36,529 bases of DNA from a virus (lineage: Duplodnaviria; Caudoviricetes), in IMG/VR virus record IMGVR_UViG_3300020045_004911, positions 1-36,529 of that record. One strand, given 5' to 3'. Shown here piece by piece: positions 24,647 to 31,892 of this stretch. The notes under the pieces are model-generated. The model saw nothing but the letters and a program-made list of their open reading frames with translations, was not told where the DNA came from and made no database searches. The position numbers were made by a program, and so were the translations under genes. Each line of letters begins with the position of its first letter. Within the stretch, counting starts at the first letter, position 1.

Positions 24647-25464
24647 GTGAAATAGACAAAGCCCTACAGGAGCTAGATGCTCTAAAGGAAGTGCGGATCG
24701 TAACCCTAGCTGAAGGCGCTGCACTGATGGCACAAGACACCTCAGCCAAAATAGAATCAGGGTTCCGCTTGGTAGACGAGTGTATGGATGGAGGATTCAG
24801 AGAGGGAGACTTCACCATCGTCTCCGGGATTCCCGGCGAAGGTAAGACCACTTTCTGCCGGATGCTCACCTTGAACATGGCCGAAGCCAACATTCCCACT
24901 TTATGGTTCTCCCACGAAATGACCATTAGTGAACTCTGGGAGAGTTTCAAGAAGATGGGAGCCAAACCAGAACTTATCTCATACGCCCCAGTGGAACTAA
25001 ACGATGACATTGACTGGATGTTCGCCCGGATAGACCAAGCCATCGAACAGTTTGGAGTAAAGGCAGTGTTTATCGATACGCTTGGAGATATTGTAAAAAG
25101 CGTAAAACGACAGCAGGACTTAGGGAACTACGCTACCTACCTCGCCCAAATCTGTAAAGACCTGCGGCACTACGCTATCCAAAAGAACATTATGATCTTC
25201 GCCGTAGCCCACGCAGTAAAAAACACCCGAAGCAAAACTAACGAAACTGACAACGCTGACATTGCTAACTCTAACGGCATCGCCGCCGCTGCCACCAACA
25301 TCTTCCATGTCTGGAGAGAGGAGGAGGGTACAACAATGGTCAAGGTAGGTAAGTCACGCCGTGACGGAACAAAGAAGGGCTGGCGAATCAAATTCAACTT
25401 CAAGGATAGCCGATTAGTACCAGTAAGTTCCGGGAGTCCCGCCGACAAGGACACAGAATGGTAA
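24643..25464 (+). CDS. DnaB-like (SF4) helicase ATPase domain
   Basis: SGF..VD...GGFREGD, Walker A GIPGEGKT, FSHEM, Walker B VFID, AVAH and KSRRDG. Confidence 0.8.
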   Translation: MSEIDKALQELDALKEVRIVTLAEGAALMAQDTSAKIESGFRLVDECMDGGFREGDFTIVSGIPGEGKTTFCRMLTLNMAEANIPTLWFSHEMTISELWESFKKMGAKPELISYAPVELNDDIDWMFARIDQAIEQFGVKAVFIDTLGDIVKSVKRQQDLGNYATYLAQICKDLRHYAIQKNIMIFAVAHAVKNTRSKTNETDNADIANSNGIAAAATNIFHVWREEEGTTMVKVGKSRRDGTKKGWRIKFNFKDSRLVPVSSGSPADKDTEW

Positions 25465-26018
25465 CCGACCAAGCGAGGTGGGTTCTCGGGAGAACTAAAA
25501 TTGACCCTCTAAAGGTAGCCAAAGCATGGCAAATCACGGAAGAAGAGTGCTGGGAGTATTTGAACGACCTGACCGCAGCTCTGAATGCCGCTGAGAAGGC
25601 CTACAATGCCCCAGAAACGCAAAAAGAGCTTCGAGAGTGGATAAGTACCATTCCAGATAAAAATGAGGTCAGACGGGCAGTTTTAACCGAACAACTAAAC
25701 AAAGCCAAGAAGTATCCCAACCGCTACGATGTCCCTCGACTACTAAGGGAAGTAAAACTACTGACGGGCAAGCTAGAAGACCTGTCACCAGAAAGCATTG
25801 CTATCGCCAAAGACTACCCTATCGCCCAGCTCCTAAATGTAACCAGAAAGGGGAATATTTCCTGCCCTTTCCACAAAGACAAAACACCGTCATTCCAAAT
25901 TACTAAGAGAAACACCTTCACCTGTTACTCTTGCGGAGAATACGGAGATGTCATCGACCTCTACCAGAAACTCCACCACTCTTCCTTCCTTGAGGCCGTA
26001 AAAGCCCTCGGTGGATAA
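25458..26018 (+). CDS. CHC2 zinc-finger (primase ZBD) protein without TOPRIM domain
   Basis: CPFHKDKTPSF...FTCYSCGEYGDVIDL...FLEAVKAL at the C-terminus. Confidence 0.85.
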   Translation: MVTDQARWVLGRTKIDPLKVAKAWQITEEECWEYLNDLTAALNAAEKAYNAPETQKELREWISTIPDKNEVRRAVLTEQLNKAKKYPNRYDVPRLLREVKLLTGKLEDLSPESIAIAKDYPIAQLLNVTRKGNISCPFHKDKTPSFQITKRNTFTCYSCGEYGDVIDLYQKLHHSSFLEAVKALGG

Positions 26019-26057
26019 CTACCCTTTTACAAGTAAAACAAGTTATAATGTCATTGT

Positions 26058-26240
26058 ATGAAAGCAAAGGTTTGGCAATATCCAGCACCAGATAAACGAA
26101 CAGTTTATTTTAGGGGGTATGTAGCTGAGTATAACGAAAACGTCATTACAAACCATCCTTGTCCTGAAGTTCGTCAAAACAAATGGCAAGCGAAAGAGGA
26201 CGCAGCAAAGTTATTAAAGAAATTAAAGAAAGCAGCATGA
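26058..26240 (+). CDS. Hypothetical protein (near-leaderless)
   Basis: 60 aa. TATAAT at 26044-26049 lies 8 nt before the ATG. Confidence 0.6.
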   Translation: MKAKVWQYPAPDKRTVYFRGYVAEYNENVITNHPCPEVRQNKWQAKEDAAKLLKKLKKAA

Positions 26241-26371
26241 AATACATTATTACAGTAACACTGGACGAAATAAAAGAAGAAGACAATCAGAAAAACATCC
26301 TAGACCTAGCTATTGAGGCTTTACAAAAAAGAGCAGGAAAGGGATTTACTATCAGTACTAAAATTATTTAA
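26237..26371 (+). CDS. 44-aa hypothetical protein
   Basis: MKYIITVTLDE..., with ATGA overlap. Confidence 0.55.
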   Translation: MKYIITVTLDEIKEEDNQKNILDLAIEALQKRAGKGFTISTKII

Positions 26372-26375
26372 TAGC

Positions 26376-26840
26376 ATGTCAGAAATCAAACCAAATGAGT
26401 TCGTTAGAGAAACCGTAGAATTAGTTAAAAGTATTGAAACACGTTTTTTGGAACTAGGAGCACGTTTATATAAAATCCGAGAAGAACGATTGTGGGTAGG
26501 AAGCTACTACTCTTTTAATGAGTTTCTCTGTGACTTGAAACTTACACCCGGCAACGCTTCAATCCTAGCCTCAGTCCATAAAAACTATGTCCTTGACGGA
26601 GGATTGGAAGTACAAGCATTAGCAGGTATTTCATACTCAAATCTCTATGAAGCCATTCCCTTAATTGAAAAGGAAGGAGTAACAAGTGCTGCAGTAAAAG
26701 CAGAAACCCTAACCCGAGCAGAAATCAAAGAAGAAGTCCAAGAGAAAAAGCTCGGAGTAGAACACACTCATGAAATCGGAGAGGAACGCTGGGGAGTTTG
26801 TCCTTGTGGTAAGTTCATTAAAATCCATGAAAACAATTAA
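26376..26840 (+). CDS. Hypothetical phage protein (possible DNA-binding)
   Basis: FLELGARLYKIREERLW..YYSFNEFL. ATG 26376 preferred. Confidence 0.65.
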   Translation: MSEIKPNEFVRETVELVKSIETRFLELGARLYKIREERLWVGSYYSFNEFLCDLKLTPGNASILASVHKNYVLDGGLEVQALAGISYSNLYEAIPLIEKEGVTSAAVKAETLTRAEIKEEVQEKKLGVEHTHEIGEERWGVCPCGKFIKIHENN

Positions 26841-26845
26841 ATGCC

Positions 26846-27313
26846 ATGCTTGCTCGCAAGACCTCACTAAAAAGATCCAAGTCTACACTAAAGAGAAAAC
26901 CATTCTCTGTGAAAACTGCAACTGGCGGAAAGGTAAAGAAGATAAAGAAAACAAGCGTTAAAAAAGCTGACACCGCTTTTTCTAAGTGGATACGAGAACG
27001 TGATGGTAAGTGTGTCCGTTGTGGTAAAACAGAACACCTACAATGCTCCCATTTCTGGCCCAGAATGGCGTCTCACACAAGATTTGACCCAGAGAACTGC
27101 GATACTCTTTGTTACGGGTGTCACTACGGTGACCGTTATCATGGCTGGGAATATTCAAAACAAGGAGAGTATCGTGAATTTAAAATAAAACAGCTAGGGG
27201 AAGAAGCGTATAAAAAGCTAGAGGAACGGTACAACACTTTCATGCCTCAGCGTGAGGCTATCGATGTAGTTATGAACATGCTATCTATTGAAAATGATAA
27301 AAATGTGGTTTAA
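26846..27313 (+). CDS. NinG/Rap-like HNH endonuclease
   Basis: ADTAFSKWIRERDGKCVRCG, QCSHF and RFDPENCDTLCYGCH. Confidence 0.85.
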   Translation: MLARKTSLKRSKSTLKRKPFSVKTATGGKVKKIKKTSVKKADTAFSKWIRERDGKCVRCGKTEHLQCSHFWPRMASHTRFDPENCDTLCYGCHYGDRYHGWEYSKQGEYREFKIKQLGEEAYKKLEERYNTFMPQREAIDVVMNMLSIENDKNVV

Positions 27314-27322
27314 TTAAAAACA

Positions 27323-27574
27323 ATGGAAGTTTCAGAATATCTCAAGACCATCATCACTCCAATGCTTAAGCATAGTGATTCAATAACTATTACTGAAACA
27401 CAAGACGCAATGGGAGTATTGCTTTCTGTTAATGTTCACAAAGAAGATATGGGGCTAGTACTTGGTCGTAAGGGTGAAACCGCTACTGCATTTCGTCATC
27501 TCGTGCGAGTGTACGGACGTGCCAAAGACGCACGTGTAAGTGTAAAGATAAATGAGCCTGTAAATACAGGTTAA
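27323..27574 (+). CDS. khpA: KH-domain RNA-binding protein, KhpA/YlqC-like
   Basis: 83 aa: EYLKTIITPM..H.D.I, V.VHKEDMGLVLGRKGETATAFR (GxxG loop), RVSVKI. Confidence 0.85.
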   Translation: MEVSEYLKTIITPMLKHSDSITITETQDAMGVLLSVNVHKEDMGLVLGRKGETATAFRHLVRVYGRAKDARVSVKINEPVNTG

Positions 27575-27602
27575 GAGTTTAATAAAAATAAATGATTTAC
27601 TT

Positions 27603-27812
27603 ATGTCAGAAGAACAGAAAACACCAGAAGAACGGGGACAGGCATTCTTTGCCGAGTACAAGGAGTTAGTGGCAAAACATCAGGTAGATACTGTGTTCTT
27701 TCCTGTGTACGAACAACAAAAGGACGGTACATTTGTAACGAGGCTCAAGCCCCAGTTGGCTGATTTGTCGAACCAGCCAGTCCCCTCAAACTTCGTAGAA
27801 GAAGAAAAATAG
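27603..27812 (+). CDS. Hypothetical protein
   Basis: 69-aa ORF. Confidence 0.65.
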   Translation: MSEEQKTPEERGQAFFAEYKELVAKHQVDTVFFPVYEQQKDGTFVTRLKPQLADLSNQPVPSNFVEEEK

Positions 27813-27815
27813 CCC

Positions 27816-27968
27816 ATGAACCTTATTGAACGAGTTTTTGAATCGGTCACTAAAAAAATAGAAAAGGAGGAGGCTCCGAAGTTTTACAGTGAAACTGACA
27901 AGCCTAAAGGACAAGCCACTATTGTCCAAGACGAACCATTACAAGACTTATTTGAAGAACATGATTAA
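27816..27968 (+). CDS. 50-aa hypothetical protein (not in ORF track)
   Basis: MNLIERVFESVTKK...LFEEHD, overlapping the GroES start. Confidence 0.55.
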   Translation: MNLIERVFESVTKKIEKEEAPKFYSETDKPKGQATIVQDEPLQDLFEEHD

Positions 27969-28266
27969 ACCCGTAAATGGTCACCTCTTGATTGAACCAC
28001 TACCACAAGAGTCTTTTATCTCCTCAGACCGAGAAACATACCAAGAGATTGGTGTAGTCATCGACTATGATGCTGACTTCGATGATGACACTACTGTGTG
28101 GACAGGAGCAACTCTAAGTCAGTTGCCAAAACTAATTAGTAAAGGAGACAAAGTCTACTTCGACTCTTGGCTTGCTGCCAAGTTTCCAAAAGATAAAGAT
28201 TCTTACTACTGGTTAGTAAAATGGGAAGATGTAAGAGGTGTAGATTATGCGGAGGTATCAGAATAG
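27961..28266 (+). CDS. groES: Co-chaperonin GroES-like
   Basis: MIKPVNGHLLIEP, G.V.., KGDKVYF and LVKWEDVRGV. Lies upstream of GroEL. Confidence 0.8.
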   Translation: MIKPVNGHLLIEPLPQESFISSDRETYQEIGVVIDYDADFDDDTTVWTGATLSQLPKLISKGDKVYFDSWLAAKFPKDKDSYYWLVKWEDVRGVDYAEVSE

Positions 28267-28468
28267 TGTCTGTAAGGCGAATTTCTTACACGACTTCCGA
28301 CAAATAGACCAAACCAGTCAAGGCTACTTAGAACGATGTACGAGATGTGGTAAACAAATGCACTTCCCTTACGAGATTCCGAACGTTGTGTATCTTAGCT
28401 ACCATATCCGGTCAGCTCTATCAGCCAATGACGTCCTTTATAAACGAGAATATCCAAATTCAAAATGA
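28247..28468 (+). CDS. Small Zn-binding protein between GroES and GroEL
   Basis: C....LHDF...ERCTRCG; overlaps both neighbours. Confidence 0.65.
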   Translation: MRRYQNSVCKANFLHDFRQIDQTSQGYLERCTRCGKQMHFPYEIPNVVYLSYHIRSALSANDVLYKREYPNSK

Positions 28469-30048
28469 AAGATACTTTACACTTTTCAGCACAAGACAAA
28501 CTAAAAGCGGGGATTGATAAAGTCGCACGCGCCGTAGGTCAAACTATGGGAACCGGAGGGAGCAACGTCATTATTGAAGCACTGGAGCTACCCGGCTATT
28601 TGGCGACCAACGATGGTTACTCTGTGGCGAATGCCGTACACCTTGCCGACCCCATCGAGAACCTCGGAAAACAAATGCTCCTAGAGAGTATTAATCGAGC
28701 CAACAAGTCATCAGGTGACGGTTCTTCTACTACCTGTGTACTAACAGCAGCGATTATTGAGGAGGGTATGAAACATACTGCAGAAGCTCACCCAATGGAC
28801 ATCAAGCGTAGCTTAGAGGCCTGTCTACCACTTATCGAGGAGAGCCTAAATACCCAGACCCAGCACCTAGTAGCAGAAGATGGAACGTTTGACATCGAAC
28901 GCCTAAAGCAAGTGGCTACTATCTCAGCCGAGGACGAGACTATCGGTAACACTATTGCGGACATTTACGGACAAATCGGACAAAAAGGTATCATTTACTG
29001 GGATGTGTCTAAGACAACCGAGGACTCGTACACTATCGGCTCAGGTATTACCGTAGAGGGAGCCACCTATGCTTCGCCATACATGTGTGACGCTACTGAA
29101 GCCGGACAGAATACTAACGCTATCCGTATCAAGAACCCACATATCCTCCTTACTAAACAAAAGATTGCCAGCTCGTCTGACTTTAATGCAGTTGCCCAGA
29201 AGCTATTTGAAAAGGATGTAAAAGACATTGTGGTCTTTGCGGATGACTTTGAGCCACTAATCATTAATGACTTGATCCTCACCAGAGCTAAAAAGGGCTT
29301 TAGAATTGTCCTTGTAAAAATGCCTGTCCTTTGGAAGGATGTGTGGTTTGAAGACTTAGCCAAAGCTACCGGAGCAAAGATTGTAGATGCTACTGCTGGC
29401 TTTCCTCTAAAGGACTTAACTCTTGAGGACTTAGGAACAGTAAAGAACATCATCATCGACAAACAAGACACCTTCCTAGACGGCATACAAGACGTCACAG
29501 AGCACGTTAAAGTCCTAGAGGAGGAAGACACAGACGAATCAAACCTACGAGCAGCAAGACTGAACACTAAGACCGCAAGGTACTTCGTAGGAGCACAGTC
29601 AGAGTCAGCCCTCTCGTATCGCCGACTAAAGGTAGAGGACGCTATTTCAGCCGCTTTTCAGGCTTTGAATGGAGGGATTGTAGCTGGTGGAGGTATTGCG
29701 TTACTTAATGCGTCTGTAGATGTATCAAGTGGTGAGATTGGCAACCAAATCCTTATTAAAGCGTTGCGTGCTCCTCTGACGCAGATTGTACACAACTCAG
29801 GTAAAGAGTTGCCATCCAATTTCCACGTAGATGGAGTTCTTATTGGAGGAGAAATGGGCTTTAATTCAAAAACAGGAAAGGCTATCAACATGTTCGAAGC
29901 GGGGATAGTCGATCCAAAAAATGTCGTTCTTAATGCAGTTAAAAATGCAATTAGTGTGGCAGCCACAGTCCTAACGGCTCCAACTATCGTATTACTCCCC
30001 CGAATGGAACAGCCACAACCAGAACACCCAAGTCTTATCCAAAACTAA
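28465..30048 (+). CDS. groEL: Chaperonin GroEL-like
   Basis: TNDGYSVA, GDGSSTT, QVATISA, G..SPY, VEDAISA, GIVAGGGIALL, GIVDP..V...A..NA.SVA. Confidence 0.95.
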   Translation: MKDTLHFSAQDKLKAGIDKVARAVGQTMGTGGSNVIIEALELPGYLATNDGYSVANAVHLADPIENLGKQMLLESINRANKSSGDGSSTTCVLTAAIIEEGMKHTAEAHPMDIKRSLEACLPLIEESLNTQTQHLVAEDGTFDIERLKQVATISAEDETIGNTIADIYGQIGQKGIIYWDVSKTTEDSYTIGSGITVEGATYASPYMCDATEAGQNTNAIRIKNPHILLTKQKIASSSDFNAVAQKLFEKDVKDIVVFADDFEPLIINDLILTRAKKGFRIVLVKMPVLWKDVWFEDLAKATGAKIVDATAGFPLKDLTLEDLGTVKNIIIDKQDTFLDGIQDVTEHVKVLEEEDTDESNLRAARLNTKTARYFVGAQSESALSYRRLKVEDAISAAFQALNGGIVAGGGIALLNASVDVSSGEIGNQILIKALRAPLTQIVHNSGKELPSNFHVDGVLIGGEMGFNSKTGKAINMFEAGIVDPKNVVLNAVKNAISVAATVLTAPTIVLLPRMEQPQPEHPSLIQN

Positions 30049-30049
30049 A

Positions 30050-30220
30050 ATGAAAGCCACACCATCACAACCTGAATGTCATGGTAAGAAAAGGTACACA
30101 AAGAATGAAGTTTATCGAGCTAGAAAGTACGTAGGCAAAGCCCGGGACAAAGACATGAGAATATACGAATGTCCCGATTGCTTTGGTTACCACATCACTA
30201 AAAAAGGAACCTATGAATAA
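30050..30220 (+). CDS. 56-aa Zn-finger phage protein (not in ORF track)
   Basis: C.GKKRY...RIYECPDCFGYHITK. Confidence 0.7.
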   Translation: MKATPSQPECHGKKRYTKNEVYRARKYVGKARDKDMRIYECPDCFGYHITKKGTYE

Positions 30221-30368
30221 AAGATTTAGATATTTACGTTCAAGAGTTGGTTGGTGGTTTTCTGTCCAGCACACACGTAATTCACATTATCCATACAACA
30301 GGCGTTACAAATTATATGGTCGCCTAGTAAGATTTTGGGTGAAAAGAGGTTGGCTTAATTGGAAATAA
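30213..30368 (+). CDS. Basic/aromatic 51-aa hypothetical protein
   Basis: MNKRFRYLRSRVGWW..., overlapping the upstream gene end. Confidence 0.5.
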   Translation: MNKRFRYLRSRVGWWFSVQHTRNSHYPYNRRYKLYGRLVRFWVKRGWLNWK

Positions 30369-30372
30369 ATCT

Positions 30373-30531
30373 ATGAATAACTTTAAACTAATAGGAAAGT
30401 GTCACGGATGCAGAAAACAGAAGTGGTTTGTTCGTACAAGAAAGATAAGGCTACCAATTGGTGCATTAGCAGTCAGTAAAGACCTAATGTGCAACAAGTG
30501 TTATAAAGCAATAATAAAAGAAATATGTTAG
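30373..30531 (+). CDS. 52-aa Zn-finger protein (not in ORF track)
   Basis: CHGC...CNKC. Confidence 0.6.
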   Translation: MNNFKLIGKCHGCRKQKWFVRTRKIRLPIGALAVSKDLMCNKCYKAIIKEIC

Positions 30532-30683
30532 AACATGATCCAGAGAAAAACCACAAAGCTATCTCAATCATTGAGCAAGAAGACGGTAATTGGAAAGGGT
30601 GGATGTGGAAGCATGGTAAGGTGGTAGAAGTCCGTCAGGTAGATCCTTTGACGGTACTAAGCCTTCTTTTAACCCACGAATAG
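30525..30683 (+). CDS. 52-aa hypothetical protein (not in ORF track)
   Basis: MLEHDPEKNHKAISIIEQEDGNWKG...LLTHE. Confidence 0.6.
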   Translation: MLEHDPEKNHKAISIIEQEDGNWKGWMWKHGKVVEVRQVDPLTVLSLLLTHE

Positions 30684-30687
30684 GGCC

Positions 30688-30716
30688 GTTTTACGGTGAA
30701 ACTAAAGCTGGGGATA
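30688..30716 (-). repeat. Inverted repeat copy 2 (partner 23765-23792)
   Basis: Reverse complement is TATCCCCAGcTTTAGTTTCACCGTAAAAC, with one extra C. Confidence 0.9.
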
Positions 30717-30733
30717 ACTCGGCTTTTGTTGAT

Positions 30734-30792
30734 TTGACATCGAAAGCGCTTTGGTATACTATATAGGAAGTAAGGAGCTAACCACCTTACAC
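30734..30792 (+). promoter_or_regulatory. Sigma70-type promoter with 5' leader hairpin
   Basis: TTGACA (30734-30739), 17 nt, TACTAT (30757-30762). Hairpin GTAAGG-AGCTAACCA-CCTTAC at 30770-30790. Confidence 0.7.
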
Positions 30793-30800
30793 CCATAAGT

Positions 30801-31010
30801 ATGAGTTACTCACACCAAGAAGCACAACTAGAGCGAGACGAAGCAATCTTCAACGCCCTAGACACAAGAGACAGCGAAGCACTTTACCAACTAGCAGGAA
30901 TCCTCAAGGAAGAAGGAGACGATGAACAGGCCGCTCACCTCCTAAAGGTAGCTCGCCGAATCGACGACGAAGACCAAGCATTTGATCAGGAACGCGATAA
31001 CCAAAACTAA
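30801..31010 (+). CDS. Acidic helical hypothetical protein
   Basis: 69 aa, first gene after the promoter. Confidence 0.7.
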   Translation: MSYSHQEAQLERDEAIFNALDTRDSEALYQLAGILKEEGDDEQAAHLLKVARRIDDEDQAFDQERDNQN

Positions 31011-31012
31011 AT

Positions 31013-31186
31013 ATGAAAATTGTACACAAAGAAACTGGCGAAGACTTCACAAGCCTTATCTATCGCCAAATGAAAGGTGAACTAACCAGAGAAGAAGTAA
31101 TCAAACTAGCGGGACTTGACCCAATAGAAGAAGAAAAGCACTACCAAGAACGTCTACAAGCCAATAAGAATCCCCTTTATGTTTAA
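31013..31186 (+). CDS. 57-aa hypothetical protein (not in ORF track)
   Basis: MKIVHKETGEDFT...NPLYV. Confidence 0.6.
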   Translation: MKIVHKETGEDFTSLIYRQMKGELTREEVIKLAGLDPIEEEKHYQERLQANKNPLYV

Positions 31187-31316
31187 CTATGAACTTCTCC
31201 CAAAACTCACTCATTTAACCCTTACCGGTGTAGATGACGAAGGCAGCCTAGAGTTTATCGGAACTAACGATCAATGGTTACAAGCTAACAAGATGGAAGA
31301 AGAAATGTATGGCTAA
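31179..31316 (+). CDS. 45-aa hypothetical protein (not in ORF track)
   Basis: MFNYELLPKL...GVDDEGSLEFIGT...EEMYG, overlapping both neighbours. Confidence 0.55.
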   Translation: MFNYELLPKLTHLTLTGVDDEGSLEFIGTNDQWLQANKMEEEMYG

Positions 31317-31500
31317 AAAGTACCCATTACTGGACACAGAAAATTACTACAAAGAATTAGATGCATTTATGAAAGAAAAGAACCCAGCAGCAGTAGCTTT
31401 AGGCCGCCTTGGAGGCTTGAAAGGAGGCAAATCAACCAGCGAAGCCAAGAAAGCAGCAGCTAGACGTAACGGCCTTAAAAATAAAAAGAAAACATTATGA
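31309..31500 (+). CDS. Small basic KGG-motif-like protein
   Basis: KNPAAVALGRLGGLKGGKSTSEAKKAAARRNG. Confidence 0.65.
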   Translation: MAKKYPLLDTENYYKELDAFMKEKNPAAVALGRLGGLKGGKSTSEAKKAAARRNGLKNKKKTL

Positions 31501-31673
31501 AAATAATTATAGCAATCCTAGCCTTATGGCTAGTAACCGGAGCGGTCTACTCGACAATGATAGTAAACGAATTACAGTCAGAACTAAGAGTAGAAAAAGA
31601 AATAACCAAAATCTGCACCGGAGAGTTACTTTGGAGAGAAATGCAAATCAACGACTTAAAAGTTTCACAGTAA
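31497..31673 (+). CDS. 58-aa protein with N-terminal TM/signal segment (not in ORF track)
   Basis: MKIIIAILALWLVTGAVYSTM..., with ATGA overlap. Confidence 0.6.
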   Translation: MKIIIAILALWLVTGAVYSTMIVNELQSELRVEKEITKICTGELLWREMQINDLKVSQ

Positions 31674-31689
31674 AACTCACACCTATACA

Positions 31690-31840
31690 TGGGGAGTGGC
31701 GGAATAGGTAGACGCAGAGTTGCTCACTAGCAGTGAGACAAAGGTATAGACCGAGCTACAAAAGTGGTTAATCAGACCAGATACTAGTCACTCTGGCGGC
31801 AGAAAGTGACCATGTAAGGTGCAAATCCTTACCTCCCCAT
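31690..31840 (+). ncRNA. tRNA-like RNA with expanded core
   Basis: Acceptor TGGGGAG/CTCCCCA, Leu-type D arm TGGCGGAATAGGTAGACGC, T-arm-like GTAAGG-TGCAAAT-CCTTAC, and 98 nt between the arms. Confidence 0.7.
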
Positions 31841-31892
31841 AACCACATCTATACACTAGATACATCACATGGTCTGGTGTATTATTGTGTAT

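Noticed and set aside
26827-26961. Alternative CxxC ORF (MKTIKCHAC...CENC) overlapping the NinG-like 5' end
   Set aside because: It could be real if NinG starts later, but I cannot distinguish the two options from sequence alone, so it is not called.
31526-31711. Track ORF of 61 aa
   Set aside because: It overlaps the coupled TM-protein ORF 31497-31673 and runs into the tRNA-like RNA.
31690-31840. Canonical tRNA-Leu, intron-containing tRNA or tmRNA
   Set aside because: There is no Leu anticodon arm at the canonical position, the T loop is altered, and the 98-nt insert is too short for a group I intron or a tmRNA body.
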